22,577 nt of DNA from Octopus sinensis (lineage: Eukaryota), in assembly GCF_006345805.1 (NCBI RefSeq), contig NW_021824514.1:1-22577 (forward strand). The letters are read 5' to 3'. Of the stretch, positions 1 through 9,052 are shown piece after piece (within the stretch, counting starts at the first letter, position 1; each line of letters starts with the position of its first letter). A program made the translations under genes and the position numbers. The notes beneath the pieces are model-generated. The model had not been told where the DNA came from, made no database searches, and saw only the letters and a program-made list of their open reading frames with translations.

Positions 1-86
1 ATGGCTGGCACCGAGATCTTCTGTAGGAGTACCATGTCATCCACTCCTGTATTGTGTACATTGTGGCTCTGCCAATGGTGATAAGC
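1..86 (-). CDS. MYO1E: Coding exon of unconventional myosin-Ie/If ortholog (N-terminal motor-domain start); exon continues past the left window edge
   Basis: The reverse complement shows acceptor ccattttatcatttcag| (AG at 88-87), then GCT TAT CAC CAT TGG CAG AGC... = AYHHWQSHNVHNTGVDDMVLLQKISVPA(I). This matches the known MYO1E/MYO1F N-terminus (HWQSHNVKxSGVDDMVLLxKI). Phase-0 acceptor. Too short for the ORF track. Confidence 0.95.
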
Positions 87-109
87 CTGAAATGATAAAA
101 TGGTAAGGT

Positions 110-760
110 TACAGACAGAGTGAGAGAGAGAAAGGCTTTGGGGAATTGGAGATGGAATTAGAGAAGGAGGAATGAGTGAAAGAGTGACATAAAGAGAGAG
201 AAGGAGAGAGAGAGAAAGGGAGAGAGGGGGAGAGAGAGAGAGAGAAAGGCTTTGGGGAAATGGAAATGGAATTAGAGTAAGAGGAATGATAGTGAAGGAG
301 TGACATAAAGAGAGAGAGGGAAGAGAGAGAGAAAGGGAGAGGGAGGGGGGAGAGAAAGGGAGAGAGAGAAAGGCTTTGGGGAATTGGAGATGGAATTAGA
401 GAAAGAGGAATGATAGTGAAAGAGTGACATAAAGAGAGAGAGGGAGAGAGAGGAGAGAGAGAGAAAGGGAGAGAGGGGGAGGGAGAGAAAGGGAGAGAGA
501 GTGAGAGAGAGAGAGAAAGGCTTTGGGGAATTGGAGATGGAATTAGAGAAAGAGGAATGATAGGGAAAGAGTGACATAAAGAGAGAGAGGGAGAGAGGGA
601 GAGAGAGAAAGGGAGAGAGAGGGGGAGGGAGAGAGAGTGAGAGAGAGAGAAAGGCTTTGAGGAATTGGAGATGAAATTAGAGAAAGAGGAATGATAGTGA
701 AAGAGTGACATAAAGAGAGAGAGGGAGAGAGAGAAATGGAAAGAGAGAGGGAGAGAGAGG
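110..760. repeat. Purine-rich minisatellite, 5 units of ~115-150 bp
   Basis: Core aaaggctttggggaattggagatggaattagagaaagaggaatgatagtgaaagagtgacataaa recurs at ~131, 245, 369, 516 and 650, separated by variable (GA)/(GGA) spacers. Confidence 0.95.
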
Positions 761-939
761 GGGAGAGAGAGAAAAGGAGAGAGAGGGTCAGGGGGTTATA
801 TAGAGGGGAAAATAGAGAGTTTGAGAGATGGAGAGATTGGATTGTTAGATTGGTTGGATACAGAGGGAAAAGAGTAAAAAGCAAGAGGGAGGGAGGAATT
901 CGTTATTGAATGAAGTTTATAGCTATAGAGAGAGGAGGG

Positions 940-1475
940 GGAAAGAGAGAGGGAAGAAAGAAAAGAAAAAGAAAATGAGATGAGACAGACAGAAAGGAAA
1001 GAAAAAAAAAGGAAAGAAAAACAATCAATAGGAAAAAAAGCCCGAAAAGTAAATTGAAAGAAAGAAAGAAAAAGAAGGAAAGAAAGAACTAAAGAAAGAA
1101 GAAAGAACGAAACGAAAGAAAGAAGGTAAGGAAAGAAGAAAGAAAGAAAGAAAAAAGAAATAAGAAAGAACTAAAGAAAGACAAAAATGAAAAAGAAAGA
1201 AAGAAATAGAGAAAGAAAGAACGAAAGACAGAACGAAAGAAAGAATGAAAGAAAGAACAAAAGAAACAAAGAAAGAAAGAATGAAAGAAAAAAGAAAGAA
1301 AGAAAGAAAGAAAAAAGAAAGAAACTGTAAGATAACAAACAAAACAAAAGATAAAGTACAAATAAAAAATAGATAAGAGAGAGGGGAAAATATTGTAAAC
1401 AATGGAAAACAGGATGAGAAAAATAAATATAAAGACAAACAGAAGAAAAAAAACAAAAACAAAAATAAACAAAAA
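940..1475. repeat. (GAAA)n / A-rich low-complexity purine tract
   Basis: Degenerate gaaa repeats; source of the Phe/Ser-rich artefact ORFs. Confidence 0.9.
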
Positions 1476-1524
1476 CATTTGCTAAAAATGGGTTTAAAAG
1501 TATTGATTTTTTTCAGATAGGTAC

Positions 1525-1652
1525 AGGGCCTAAGATGTAGGGAGAGATCGATTTAGTCCAATGTATTGGTCCAAGAATTTAACTGGTATTAAATTCAATG
1601 ACCCCAGGAGGGTAAATAGCAAAATAGACTTTGGTAGTAATTGAACTCAGGA
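1525..1652 (-). mobile_element. Highly degenerate SINE family A (A2-tail) fragment
   Basis: aactggtattaaattcaatgaccccaggagggtaaatagcaaaatagac...ttgaactcag aligns with the better copies at 2449 and 5428. Confidence 0.6.
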
Positions 1653-1690
1653 TTGTACATGATTATGTACAAAGAGGTATTTTATCTATT

Positions 1691-2055
1691 ACGGAGATGT
1701 ACTCGCATAGCAAGTGATTTGATCTGATCTGAGATCGTGTGCTGAAACGAAAACAATTGCAGCATGGAAGGTGTTTGTAAGCCATTTAAGAAACACACAA
1801 AAACCGTTTGATTCACTTCAACATTTAAGTTTAATTTGTCAAAATATTTTCATCGCTTTAAGACCGTGACCTGTTCACTGACAAAAATCTGTGCTACATC
1901 TCGGATTTGCAGCACAGATTTTTGTCAGGGAACAGGTCGCGGTCTTAAAGCGACGAAAATATTTTGACAAATTAAACTTAAATGTTGAAGTGAATCAAAC
2001 GGTTTTTGTGTGTTTCTTAAATGGCGCTTACAAACACCTTCCACGCTGCAATTGT
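1691..2055. mobile_element. Foldback/MITE-like element 1, copy 1
   Basis: Inverted arms 1753-1895 and 1911-2055 are near-perfect, with a 15-nt loop. Flanked by a perfect 15-bp direct repeat ggtattttatctatt (1676-1690, 2056-2070). Related copy at 6890. Confidence 0.9.
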
Positions 2056-2221
2056 GGTATTTTATCTATTCCCTTGCTAATTCTGCCAATTTATTATGAA
2101 AATGTTAAAATTAGATGATGTGTATTGTTAAAAATAGAGATGGGATGATAAAAACAGATGTCAAATTTTTGAAATAGATGGAAAATGAAGAAATTAGATG
2201 TCAAATGCTGGAAAGTAAATT

Positions 2222-2440
2222 TCTGGTTGTGTGGTATCATGTTAGCTTTCCAACTACGTGGTTTTGGTTTCAGTTCTATTGTCTGACATCATGGGTACGT
2301 GTCTTCCATTATAGCCCCAGGTCGACAAATGCCTTGTAAGTGGATTTGGTAGATGGAAACTGAAAGAAGTCTACCGTGTATGTGTGTATGTGTGTGTGTG
2401 TGTGTGAATATATGCCTGTGTTTTTGTGTCATTCCTACTA
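2222..2440 (+). mobile_element. Degenerate SINE family B, 5' half
   Basis: tRNA-like head remnant plus gccttgtaagtggatttggtagatggaaactgaaagaag, followed by (GT)n. Confidence 0.8.
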
Positions 2441-2448
2441 TAATCACA

Positions 2449-2625
2449 AGGCTTAAAATTTGGGAGAAGGGGTATCGACCTCAATACACAACTGGTACTT
2501 ATTTTATCGACCCCTAAAGGATGAAAAGCAAAGTTGACCTCAACGGAATTGGAACTCAGATCATAAAGACAAACGAAATGCACTTTGCCCCGCGTGCTAA
2601 GAATTCTGCCAGCTCACCACCTTAA
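2449..2625 (-). mobile_element. SINE family A (A2 tail)
   Basis: actggtacttattttatcgacccctaaaggatgaaaagcaaagttgacctc core; head ends ctgccagctcaccaccttaa. Confidence 0.85.
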
Positions 2626-2667
2626 ATGATGATAATGATAATACATTTATATATATATATATATATA

Positions 2668-3067
2668 TACTCTTTTACTCTTTTACTTGTTTCAGTCATT
2701 TGACTGCGGCCATGCTGGAGCACCGCCTTTAATCGAGCAACTCAACCCCGGGACTTATTCTTTTGTAAGCCCAGTACTTATTCTATCGGTCTCTTTTGCC
2801 GAACCGCTAAGTTACGGGGACATAAACACGCCAGCATCGGTTGTCAAGCAATGCTAGGGGGACAAACACTGACACACAAACACACATATATATATATACA
2901 TTTATACGACAGGCTTCTTTCAGTTTCCGTCTACCAAATCCACTCACAAGGCTTTGGTCGGCCCGGGGCTATAGTAGAAGACACTTGCCCAAGGTGCCAC
3001 GCAGTGGGACTGAACCCGGAACCATGTGGTTGGTAAACAAGCTACTTACCACACAGCCACTCCTGCG

Positions 3068-3070
<3 letters not shown>
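2668..3070 (-). mobile_element. Full-length SINE family B (tRNA head + body + central microsatellite + 3' half + CR1/L2-like tail)
   Basis: Minus strand begins ggcgcaggagTGGCTGTGTGG (A-box-like) ... GGTTCAGTCCC (B-box-like) and ends ggcggtgctccagcatggccgcagtcaaatgactgaaacaagt(aaaagagt)n. At least 8 relatives in the window. Confidence 0.92.
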
Positions 3071-3136
<66 letters not shown>

Positions 3137-3174
3137 TATATATATATAATATATATAATATATATATATATATT
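3070..3174. repeat. (TA)n microsatellite
   Basis: Direct reading. Confidence 0.97.
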
Positions 3175-3289
3175 TAAAACAGTGTATCTAGGTATATTAC
3201 TTCAATCCCTCTTCTTCTTTCAAGACAGTTAGGTAGGAGATGATTCAAGGGAGATTTAGCTGATATTTTTAACCACGGAGAGCTTCTTT

Positions 3290-3586
3290 CTACTGCTGCT
3301 GCTACTGTTGTTGTTGTTGTTGGTGGTGGTGTTGTTGTTGTTGGTGGTGGTGGTGGTGGTAGTGTTGGTCATGGTGGTGGTGGATTGTTAATGTTGACAT
3401 TGTTGTTGATATTTTTGATGTTATTGTTGTCATTGTGGTAATGGAGAGTAGTGGTGGCCATGATGGTGGTGGTGGTGGTGGCAGCAGTGCCAGTTGCGGT
3501 GATGGCACCAGTGGCAGTGGTGATGGTGGTGGTGGTGATGGTTGATGATGTTATTGTCAAAATTATTGTACTTGTAATTGTGAATA
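3290..3586. repeat. (TGT/TGG/TGA) triplet low-complexity tract
   Basis: Direct reading. Confidence 0.9.
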
Positions 3587-3596
3587 CTGTTGCTGT

Positions 3597-4161
3597 CTTC
3601 TTCTTCTTCTTCTTCTTCTTTTTCTTCTCTTTCTTCTTCTTCTTCTTCTCTTTCTTCTTCTTCTTCTTCTTCTTCTTCTTCTTCCAGTCAGGACTCACGC
3701 CATTAGCCACAAAGAATAATCTCTAATTCAAGCCTGCTCTAAGCTACTAAGAATGCGTGTGGCAACTTGAAGATCCACCCACCACACACGATAAACTGGC
3801 AGTTGCATGGGCGCGAAAGCTACGTTGTTATCCTCATTTGGTAAACTGTGGGTTTTAACGGGTGGAGAGCTGAACCATCCTGGGCTACAGAGGATTCGCA
3901 ATCTAGATTGGGGTCTGAAAGTTTACCACACCATAGTGGGTTACACCATGGTTCCTCTGTTTTGTGGCAGAAGTAGGAAGAAAGAGCAAGAGAAAGTCGT
4001 GCTAAAAGAGTGCAGCAGGGTTCACCACCACCCCTGCCGGAGCCTTGTGGAGCTTAGGTGTTTTTTGCTCAATAAACACACACAATGCCCGGTCTGGGAA
4101 TCGAAACTGCATTCTTACGACCGCGAGTCCACTGCCCTAACCACTGGACCATTGCACCTCC
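3597..4161 (-). mobile_element. SINE family F: tRNA-like head, ~400-bp body, (GAA)n tail
   Basis: Minus strand begins ggaggtgcaaTGGTCCAGTGGttaggg...GTTTCGATTCCcagaccggg and ends gtgagtcctgactgg(aag)n at 3597-3684. Possible 10-bp TSD ctgttgctgt (3587-3596, 4164-4173), in low-complexity sequence. Confidence 0.75.
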
Positions 4162-4893
4162 TGCTGTTGCTGTTGCTGCTACTGCATCAGTTGTGTTTTT
4201 AGCTAGCAAAGGTGATCTCTAAATAAGAAAACCTACAATGGTATGATGTGTTGGGCTATGGCCTCTAAGAGTAAAGTTGAAAAAGTTTGACATGCTCACA
4301 TTCGCATTTATTATATTAGATAATTATTTGTTTTCATTAATCACTGAGCCTTATTATTAATAATGCTTTTGTTTTTGTGGTGGGAAGGTTACATTTGTTT
4401 TGGCTAAATGAGAGACACCGCAATGTTGTGATAATGTTGGAACAGCAAATGGAAGTGTTGTAACAATGCTTTTGTATTGCGAATGATTCTGAGTAGAACA
4501 GATAGTGTTATAATAAATACTATGAAGTGTTGCAGACATTTCTGTGACAAATAATGTTGTGAGCATTGTAATAATATTGTTATGATAATGCAGATATGTC
4601 TGAGTGTGGCAATGTTGTTACAATAATGTTGTAATGGTGTTTATATTATAGAGTTGTAGGTACTTCTGAGTAGGACAAATAACGACAGACAGTGTTGGAA
4701 ACTATATTCTGAAGTGTTGCAGACATTTCTGTGACAAATATTGTTGTGAACATTGTAATAATAATGCTATGATAATGTTGAAGATATGTCTGAGTGTGGC
4801 AGTGTTGTTACAATAATGTTGTAATGGTTTTTATATGATACAGCTGTGGGTATTTCTGAGTGGGACAAATAACGACAGATAGTGTTGTAATAA

Positions 4894-5127
4894 GGCGGAG
4901 AGCTGGCAGAAACGTAAGCATGCCTGGCGAAATGCTTAGCGGTATTTCGTCCACCGCCGCATTCTGAGTTCAAATTCCACCAAGGTCGACTTTGCCTTTC
5001 ATTCTTTCGGGGTCGATAAATTAAGTACCAATTATGCACTGGGGATCGATGTGATCGATTTAATCCGTTTGTCTGCCCTTGTTTGTCCCCTCTATGTTTA
5101 GCCTCTTGTGGGCAATAAAGAAATAAA
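4894..5127 (+). mobile_element. Full SINE family A (A1 tail) with 15-bp TSD
   Basis: ggcggagagcTGGCAGAAACG...GAGTTCAAATTCC (A/B-box-like), core ctttcattctttcggggtcgataaattaagtacc. TSD atagtgttgtaataa at 4879-4893 and 5128-5142. Confidence 0.93.
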
Positions 5128-5427
5128 ATAGTGTTGTAATAAATACTCTGAAGTGATGCAGACATTTCTGTGACAAATATTGTTGTGAACATTGTAATAA
5201 TAATGCTATGATAATGTCGAAGATATGTCTGAGTGTGGCAGTGTTGTTACAATAATGTTGTAACGGTGTTTATATGATAGAGCAGTAGGTATTTCTGAGT
5301 GAGACAAATAATGATGTTACAGGCATAATAATGCTGTTATGATAATATTGAAATAGTGTTTTTTATGATAGAGTTGTAGATATATCTGAGCAGGAGAAAT
5401 AGTATTGTTAGGATAGTACTATGATAA

Positions 5428-5644
5428 CCCCGTCTACCAAAAGCATAAGGCCTGAAATTTGTGGGGAGCAGACTAGTCAATTACATCGACCCCAGTGTTT
5501 CACTGGTACTTAATTTATCGACCCCAAAGGATGAAAGGCAAAGCTGACCTCAGTGGAATTTGAACTTAAGAACGTAGCAATGAGTGAAATACTTCTAAGC
5601 GTTTCATCCAGCATGCTAATGATTCTGCCAACATGTCACCGTAT
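5428..5644 (-). mobile_element. SINE family A (A2 tail)
   Basis: Same head and core on the minus strand; imperfect 16-bp flank repeat gatagtac(t/c)at(g/a)ataa at 5412-5427 and 5645-5660. Confidence 0.85.
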
Positions 5645-5831
5645 GATAGTACCATAATAATGTTCTGGAGTGCTATAGATATTTCTGAGTGGAACAGATA
5701 ATGGTATAATGATAGTGCTGTAATAGTGTTCCATAAGTGCTGTAGATATTTCTGAATGTTTAGGCTGTGCGTATACATAATACAAGATGCTGTTCGGATT
5801 GGAATATCTCTACAGAAATAATAAACTATAC

Positions 5832-5921
5832 CTCTTTGATAAAAGGCTGGTGCTTCATTTCCAGTAATTTTGTTTCGTTGTGCAAGGTGGCCTGCACAGC
5901 AGCGATCTGCGCAGAAGCAAT
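5832..5921 (-). CDS. Candidate 90-nt phase-0/0 coding exon (IASAQIAAVQATLHNETKLLEMKHQPFIKE), possibly an alternative N-terminal exon of the myosin-Ie gene
   Basis: Acceptor cttcacgtcatcttag|, open 30-codon frame, donor GAG|gtatag. GC-richer unique island; same strand as, and in frame with, the phase-0 acceptor at 86. No homolog recognised. Confidence 0.5.
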
Positions 5922-6429
5922 CTAAGATGACGTGAAGCTTGTGGCTGTGATGCTGTGTTACAATGACAACAACAACAGCAGCGACAGCAACACTGGTAGT
6001 AGTAGAAGTAGTACTAGTAGTAATGTTTAATGAAATAATGACATGTGCCAAGCTTTGTTCCTGAAAGCTCACATGCCATCATCTAAACTTAATCCAATCA
6101 GTCGCAGTAACTCTGAAAAGTTGCTTTACCAACCTGATGTATTTATGAGATTATAGGATTACCTTTGTCGCAAACAGATTTCATGAGAAAACTTTCATTA
6201 TAACATAACAGTGTAAACTGTTCAATTAATTGATTGATATATATAGACAGATTAATTTATTTATTGTTTGATTGATCTCATGTTTCTGAGAAGGACACTC
6301 AAGGAGACAGAATTTTTTTCCTTCCTGTTCTTGTTTGTAATATCTCTTGCAATGCCCTCCCTGTATACTCCACAAACTCATGAAGGAGGTTTTAATACAA
6401 GCATAAATGAAGTTACTTGCTAAAGAATA

Positions 6430-6870
6430 ATATTTATTCTTTTTGAAAACAACTTGTAAATTCAAGTGCTACTAGTTGAAGGCTCCACATAATGGATGCT
6501 AGCAAGTTTATAGGGTCATCAGGAGAGAATGCACGCCATTACAGATCCAACCTTTCAATGGCATCATTACACACCAGCTCCCCTCACTGTAATGAGGCCC
6601 CACTTGCTAGATCAACTGGTTATCAGATTTTGCTCAATATTCTTCTGGCCATTGCTCATCATCTCTTTTTAACCAAATCCAGTGACTAGCCTTTTCTACT
6701 GTAGTCTTGATATCACTCATGGTAGTATTTGCTTTACAAGGAGTTAGGCCTAATAACAACAACAACAGTTGCTTCACACAGTGTCCAATAAATCCTCCAC
6801 ATCCAACTTCAATTGGAAAATGCTCTGCTTTCCAGCCTACGTCTTCACATTCTTCAAGGGGATTTACATA
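6430..6870 (-). mobile_element. 5'-truncated RLE-endonuclease non-LTR retrotransposon (HERO-like) 3' end
   Basis: 6870..6634 translates without a stop as YVNPLEECEDVGWKAEHFPIEVGCGGFIGHCVKQLLLLLLGLTPCKANTTMSDIKTTVEKASHWIWLKRDDEQWPEEY*. This matches the GW...PIEVGCRGF...EKASHWIWLKR motif of HERO-type RLE C-termini. The 3' UTR limit is approximate. Confidence 0.85.
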
Positions 6871-6889
6871 GTGCTATTATAATACTATT

Positions 6890-7115
6890 TGTTACAGAGA
6901 TGTACTTGCATAGCAAGTGACCTGATCTGAGATCGTGTGCTGAAGCAAAAACGATTGCAGTGTGGAAGGTGTTTATAAGCCATTTAAAAACACACAAAAA
7001 GTGTTAGAATCACTTCAACATTTAAATTTAATTTATCAAATTATTTTTGTCACTTTGAGATCACGACCTGTTCACTGACAGGAGATGCAGCAAGGAATTT
7101 TGTCAGTGAACAGGT
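6890..7115. mobile_element. Foldback/MITE-like element 1, copy 2 (partial)
   Basis: acagagatgtacttgcatagcaagtga... matches 1691 onward; central hairpin cctgttcactgaca...tgtcagtgaacagg (~7067-7114). Confidence 0.85.
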
Positions 7116-7414
7116 TGCAGCTCACTGGTCAGGAAAGAGAAAAGCCCCCATAGTTAACCAGGCTAGGATATTAGGGAGAGAGAGGTGGATTTATTCCAGT
7201 TGCTGTGAAGCTAAATCCGGTTACTGAATATATATTTAAAAAAAACAGCTAATTTTATATATAACTGAATGAAAAAGCTAACTTATATTGCCTAACAAAG
7301 AATAAACTGCTTTGTGGCACACACACACACACACATATATATGTACACACACACACATATATATATGTATAAATATGTATGTAAATATATAAGTATGTAT
7401 AATAACAAATTATA

Positions 7415-7800
7415 TCTTTATCCTTCTCTTTATCTAGTTTCAGCTCACGAGCTGTGGCCATGCTGGGGCACCGCCATTTGGTGTTGCTACATGATTTTAC
7501 TTCATGAATGCTTTTGAGCAATTGCCATTTGGTGCATGAGAGAGTTCGATGCAGCTGCCCTCATCTGCACCTCCTGCCGTGAAGTTGGTTCATCTGGGAC
7601 ACCTGACAGGAAGAGATCCAGTTTTATTTTAAAGACATCTGCATCCACCCCATGCAGGTCTCTCAGGTTCTTCAGAAAGATATTGAAGAGCTGTGGGCCT
7701 CTGAAGCCCAGGCTATCACAGTATCTTGTCCTACATCTTGATGGCAAATTTGGAGTCCTTGGCACTATGCAGTGGCGCCCAGTTCTAGCATTTGTGTAAC
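7415..7800 (-). mobile_element. 5'-truncated CR1/L2-group LINE 3' end (ORF2 C-terminus + 3' UTR)
   Basis: ORF 7502..7807: GRHCIVP...GFRGPQLFNIFLKNLRDLHGVDADVFKIKLDLFLSGVPDEP...RAAASNSLMHQ, typical of the post-RT C-terminus of CR1/L2-group LINEs; followed by a short UTR with a stem-loop tail. Confidence 0.85.
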
Positions 7801-7973
7801 TATTCAAATTTGAATAACACCTGCGTTTAACTCCATTTATTTATAAATATATATATATATATATATATATCATCATCATCGTTTAAAGCAGATATTAAAC
7901 AATGATGATATATATATATATATATATTTATATATAAATGGAGTTAAACACAGATGTTATTCAAATTTGAATA
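7801..7973. repeat. Inverted repeat (~80-86-bp arms, 8-nt loop) capped by 16-bp palindromes
   Basis: 7801-7886 pairs with 7895-7973; TATTCAAATTTGAATA lies at both outer ends. Confidence 0.9.
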
Positions 7974-8159
7974 ACACTTGCTTATTTATTTATATATATT
8001 ACACGAAATATTTCACATCAACCCGGAGTTTACTCCGTTACAAATAGGATGTTACATCTTTATTACTTGTGTGATTTTTTTGCTGCCTTGGTAACCGTTA
8101 ATTTTTTCCATGTTAATTGTAAACAAGGGAAAATACACACGTCCATTTATATACATAAA

Positions 8160-8340
8160 TCGCTAGAAACCCAACACATTCTTTATTTTATTTCCTTGTT
8201 TCTTTGTGTGTTCCTTTCTGTGGAACAGCGTAGGGTCGAAACAAAGACTTTTTCACTTCCCGAGCGTTAAACTAATACATCTGTTTGTTGTCTACACCTC
8301 CTGTCTTCGTCTTTTGTTTCTTTTGTGAATTCTCCCCCTA
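8160..8340 (+). mobile_element. Family E (Penelope-pLTR-like), divergent copy E3
   Basis: Its reverse complement aligns with E1/E2; degenerate motif tttCTGTGGAacagcgtagggtcGAAAcaaaga at ~8214-8248; ends against (TA)n. Confidence 0.6.
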
Positions 8341-8354
8341 TGTATATATATATA

Positions 8355-8600
8355 TCATCATCATCATCATCATCGTTTAACATCCGCTTTCCATGCTAGC
8401 ATGGGTTGGACGGTTCAACTGGGGTCTGGGAAGCCAGAAGGCTGCGCCAGGCCCAGTCTGATCTGGCAGTGTTTCTACAGCTGGATGCCCTTCCTAACGC
8501 TAACCACTCCAAGAGTGTAGTGGGTGCTTTTTATGTGCCACCTGCACGGGTGCCAGACGAGGCTGGCAAATGGCCATGATCGGATGGTGCTTTTTACGTG
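8355..8600 (-). mobile_element. Family C retroposon, 3' portion with (GAT)n tail
   Basis: Reverse complement of 9750-10005; tail ggaaagcggatgttaaacg(atg)n. Confidence 0.85.
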
Positions 8601-8991
8601 CCACCAGTATATCTATATATATATGGGTACATGACATCACCAACCATGTAAACAACATGAAATACGTAATGGAAGACAGGACAAGTAAACACAGAGAAAC
8701 AACCCTTCATCAGTTGACGTCTGTCTATCTACTCCTCATTTCGAGCATTTATCGACAATATAAGTCTTCAAAGACAGTTACTCCCATAAAATCTAAAAGA
8801 AAATTTAGGATTTATGGAGGGTCAAAGTTGGGAACAAAAACAGGACAGTGGAGACAAGCAAGGAAACTGAATGAAAACAAATAAGGAGGGTTGTTAGACC
8901 AGAATGAGAGGGAAATAGTGAATGCTGGGAGAAATATTTTCTTTGAAAAGAGAAAGGATAGAAGAGAGACAAAAAACCTCCAGTTTTATAT

Positions 8992-9037
<46 letters not shown>

Positions 9038-9052
9038 GAGTGAAGAGAGAGA

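Larger units (their letters stand above)
4420..5760. repeat. ~190-bp-unit AT-rich minisatellite interrupted by two SINEs
   Basis: Units start ctgagt at 4489, 4666, 4856 and 5295 (177, 190 and 190 bp after removing the SINE); degenerate remnants continue to ~5760. Confidence 0.9.

Noticed and set aside
1-107. Plus-strand reading: ATG at base 1, open frame 2 and a tg|gtaagg donor at ~103
   Set aside because: The minus strand gives an unmistakable myosin-I peptide with a strong acceptor; the plus-strand signals are its mirror image.
109-1478. Ser/Leu/Phe-rich ORFs (up to 200 aa)
   Set aside because: Translations of purine/pyrimidine minisatellite and (GAAA)n.
6075-6200. Short minus-strand splice-like signals (aag|gtaatc; ttttcag|...|gtgagc)
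   Set aside because: Phases are incompatible with the myosin frame and the peptides are unrecognisable.
6516-6556. GAAA...CTGATGA in the HERO-like 3' UTR (possible type-II hammerhead)
   Set aside because: I could not fold stems I and III with a valid NUH site.
8690-8760. CTGATGAAG hammerhead core (minus 8713-8705) with an upstream GAAA
   Set aside because: No stem I can form and there is no downstream GAAA; at most a decayed Penelope-like remnant.
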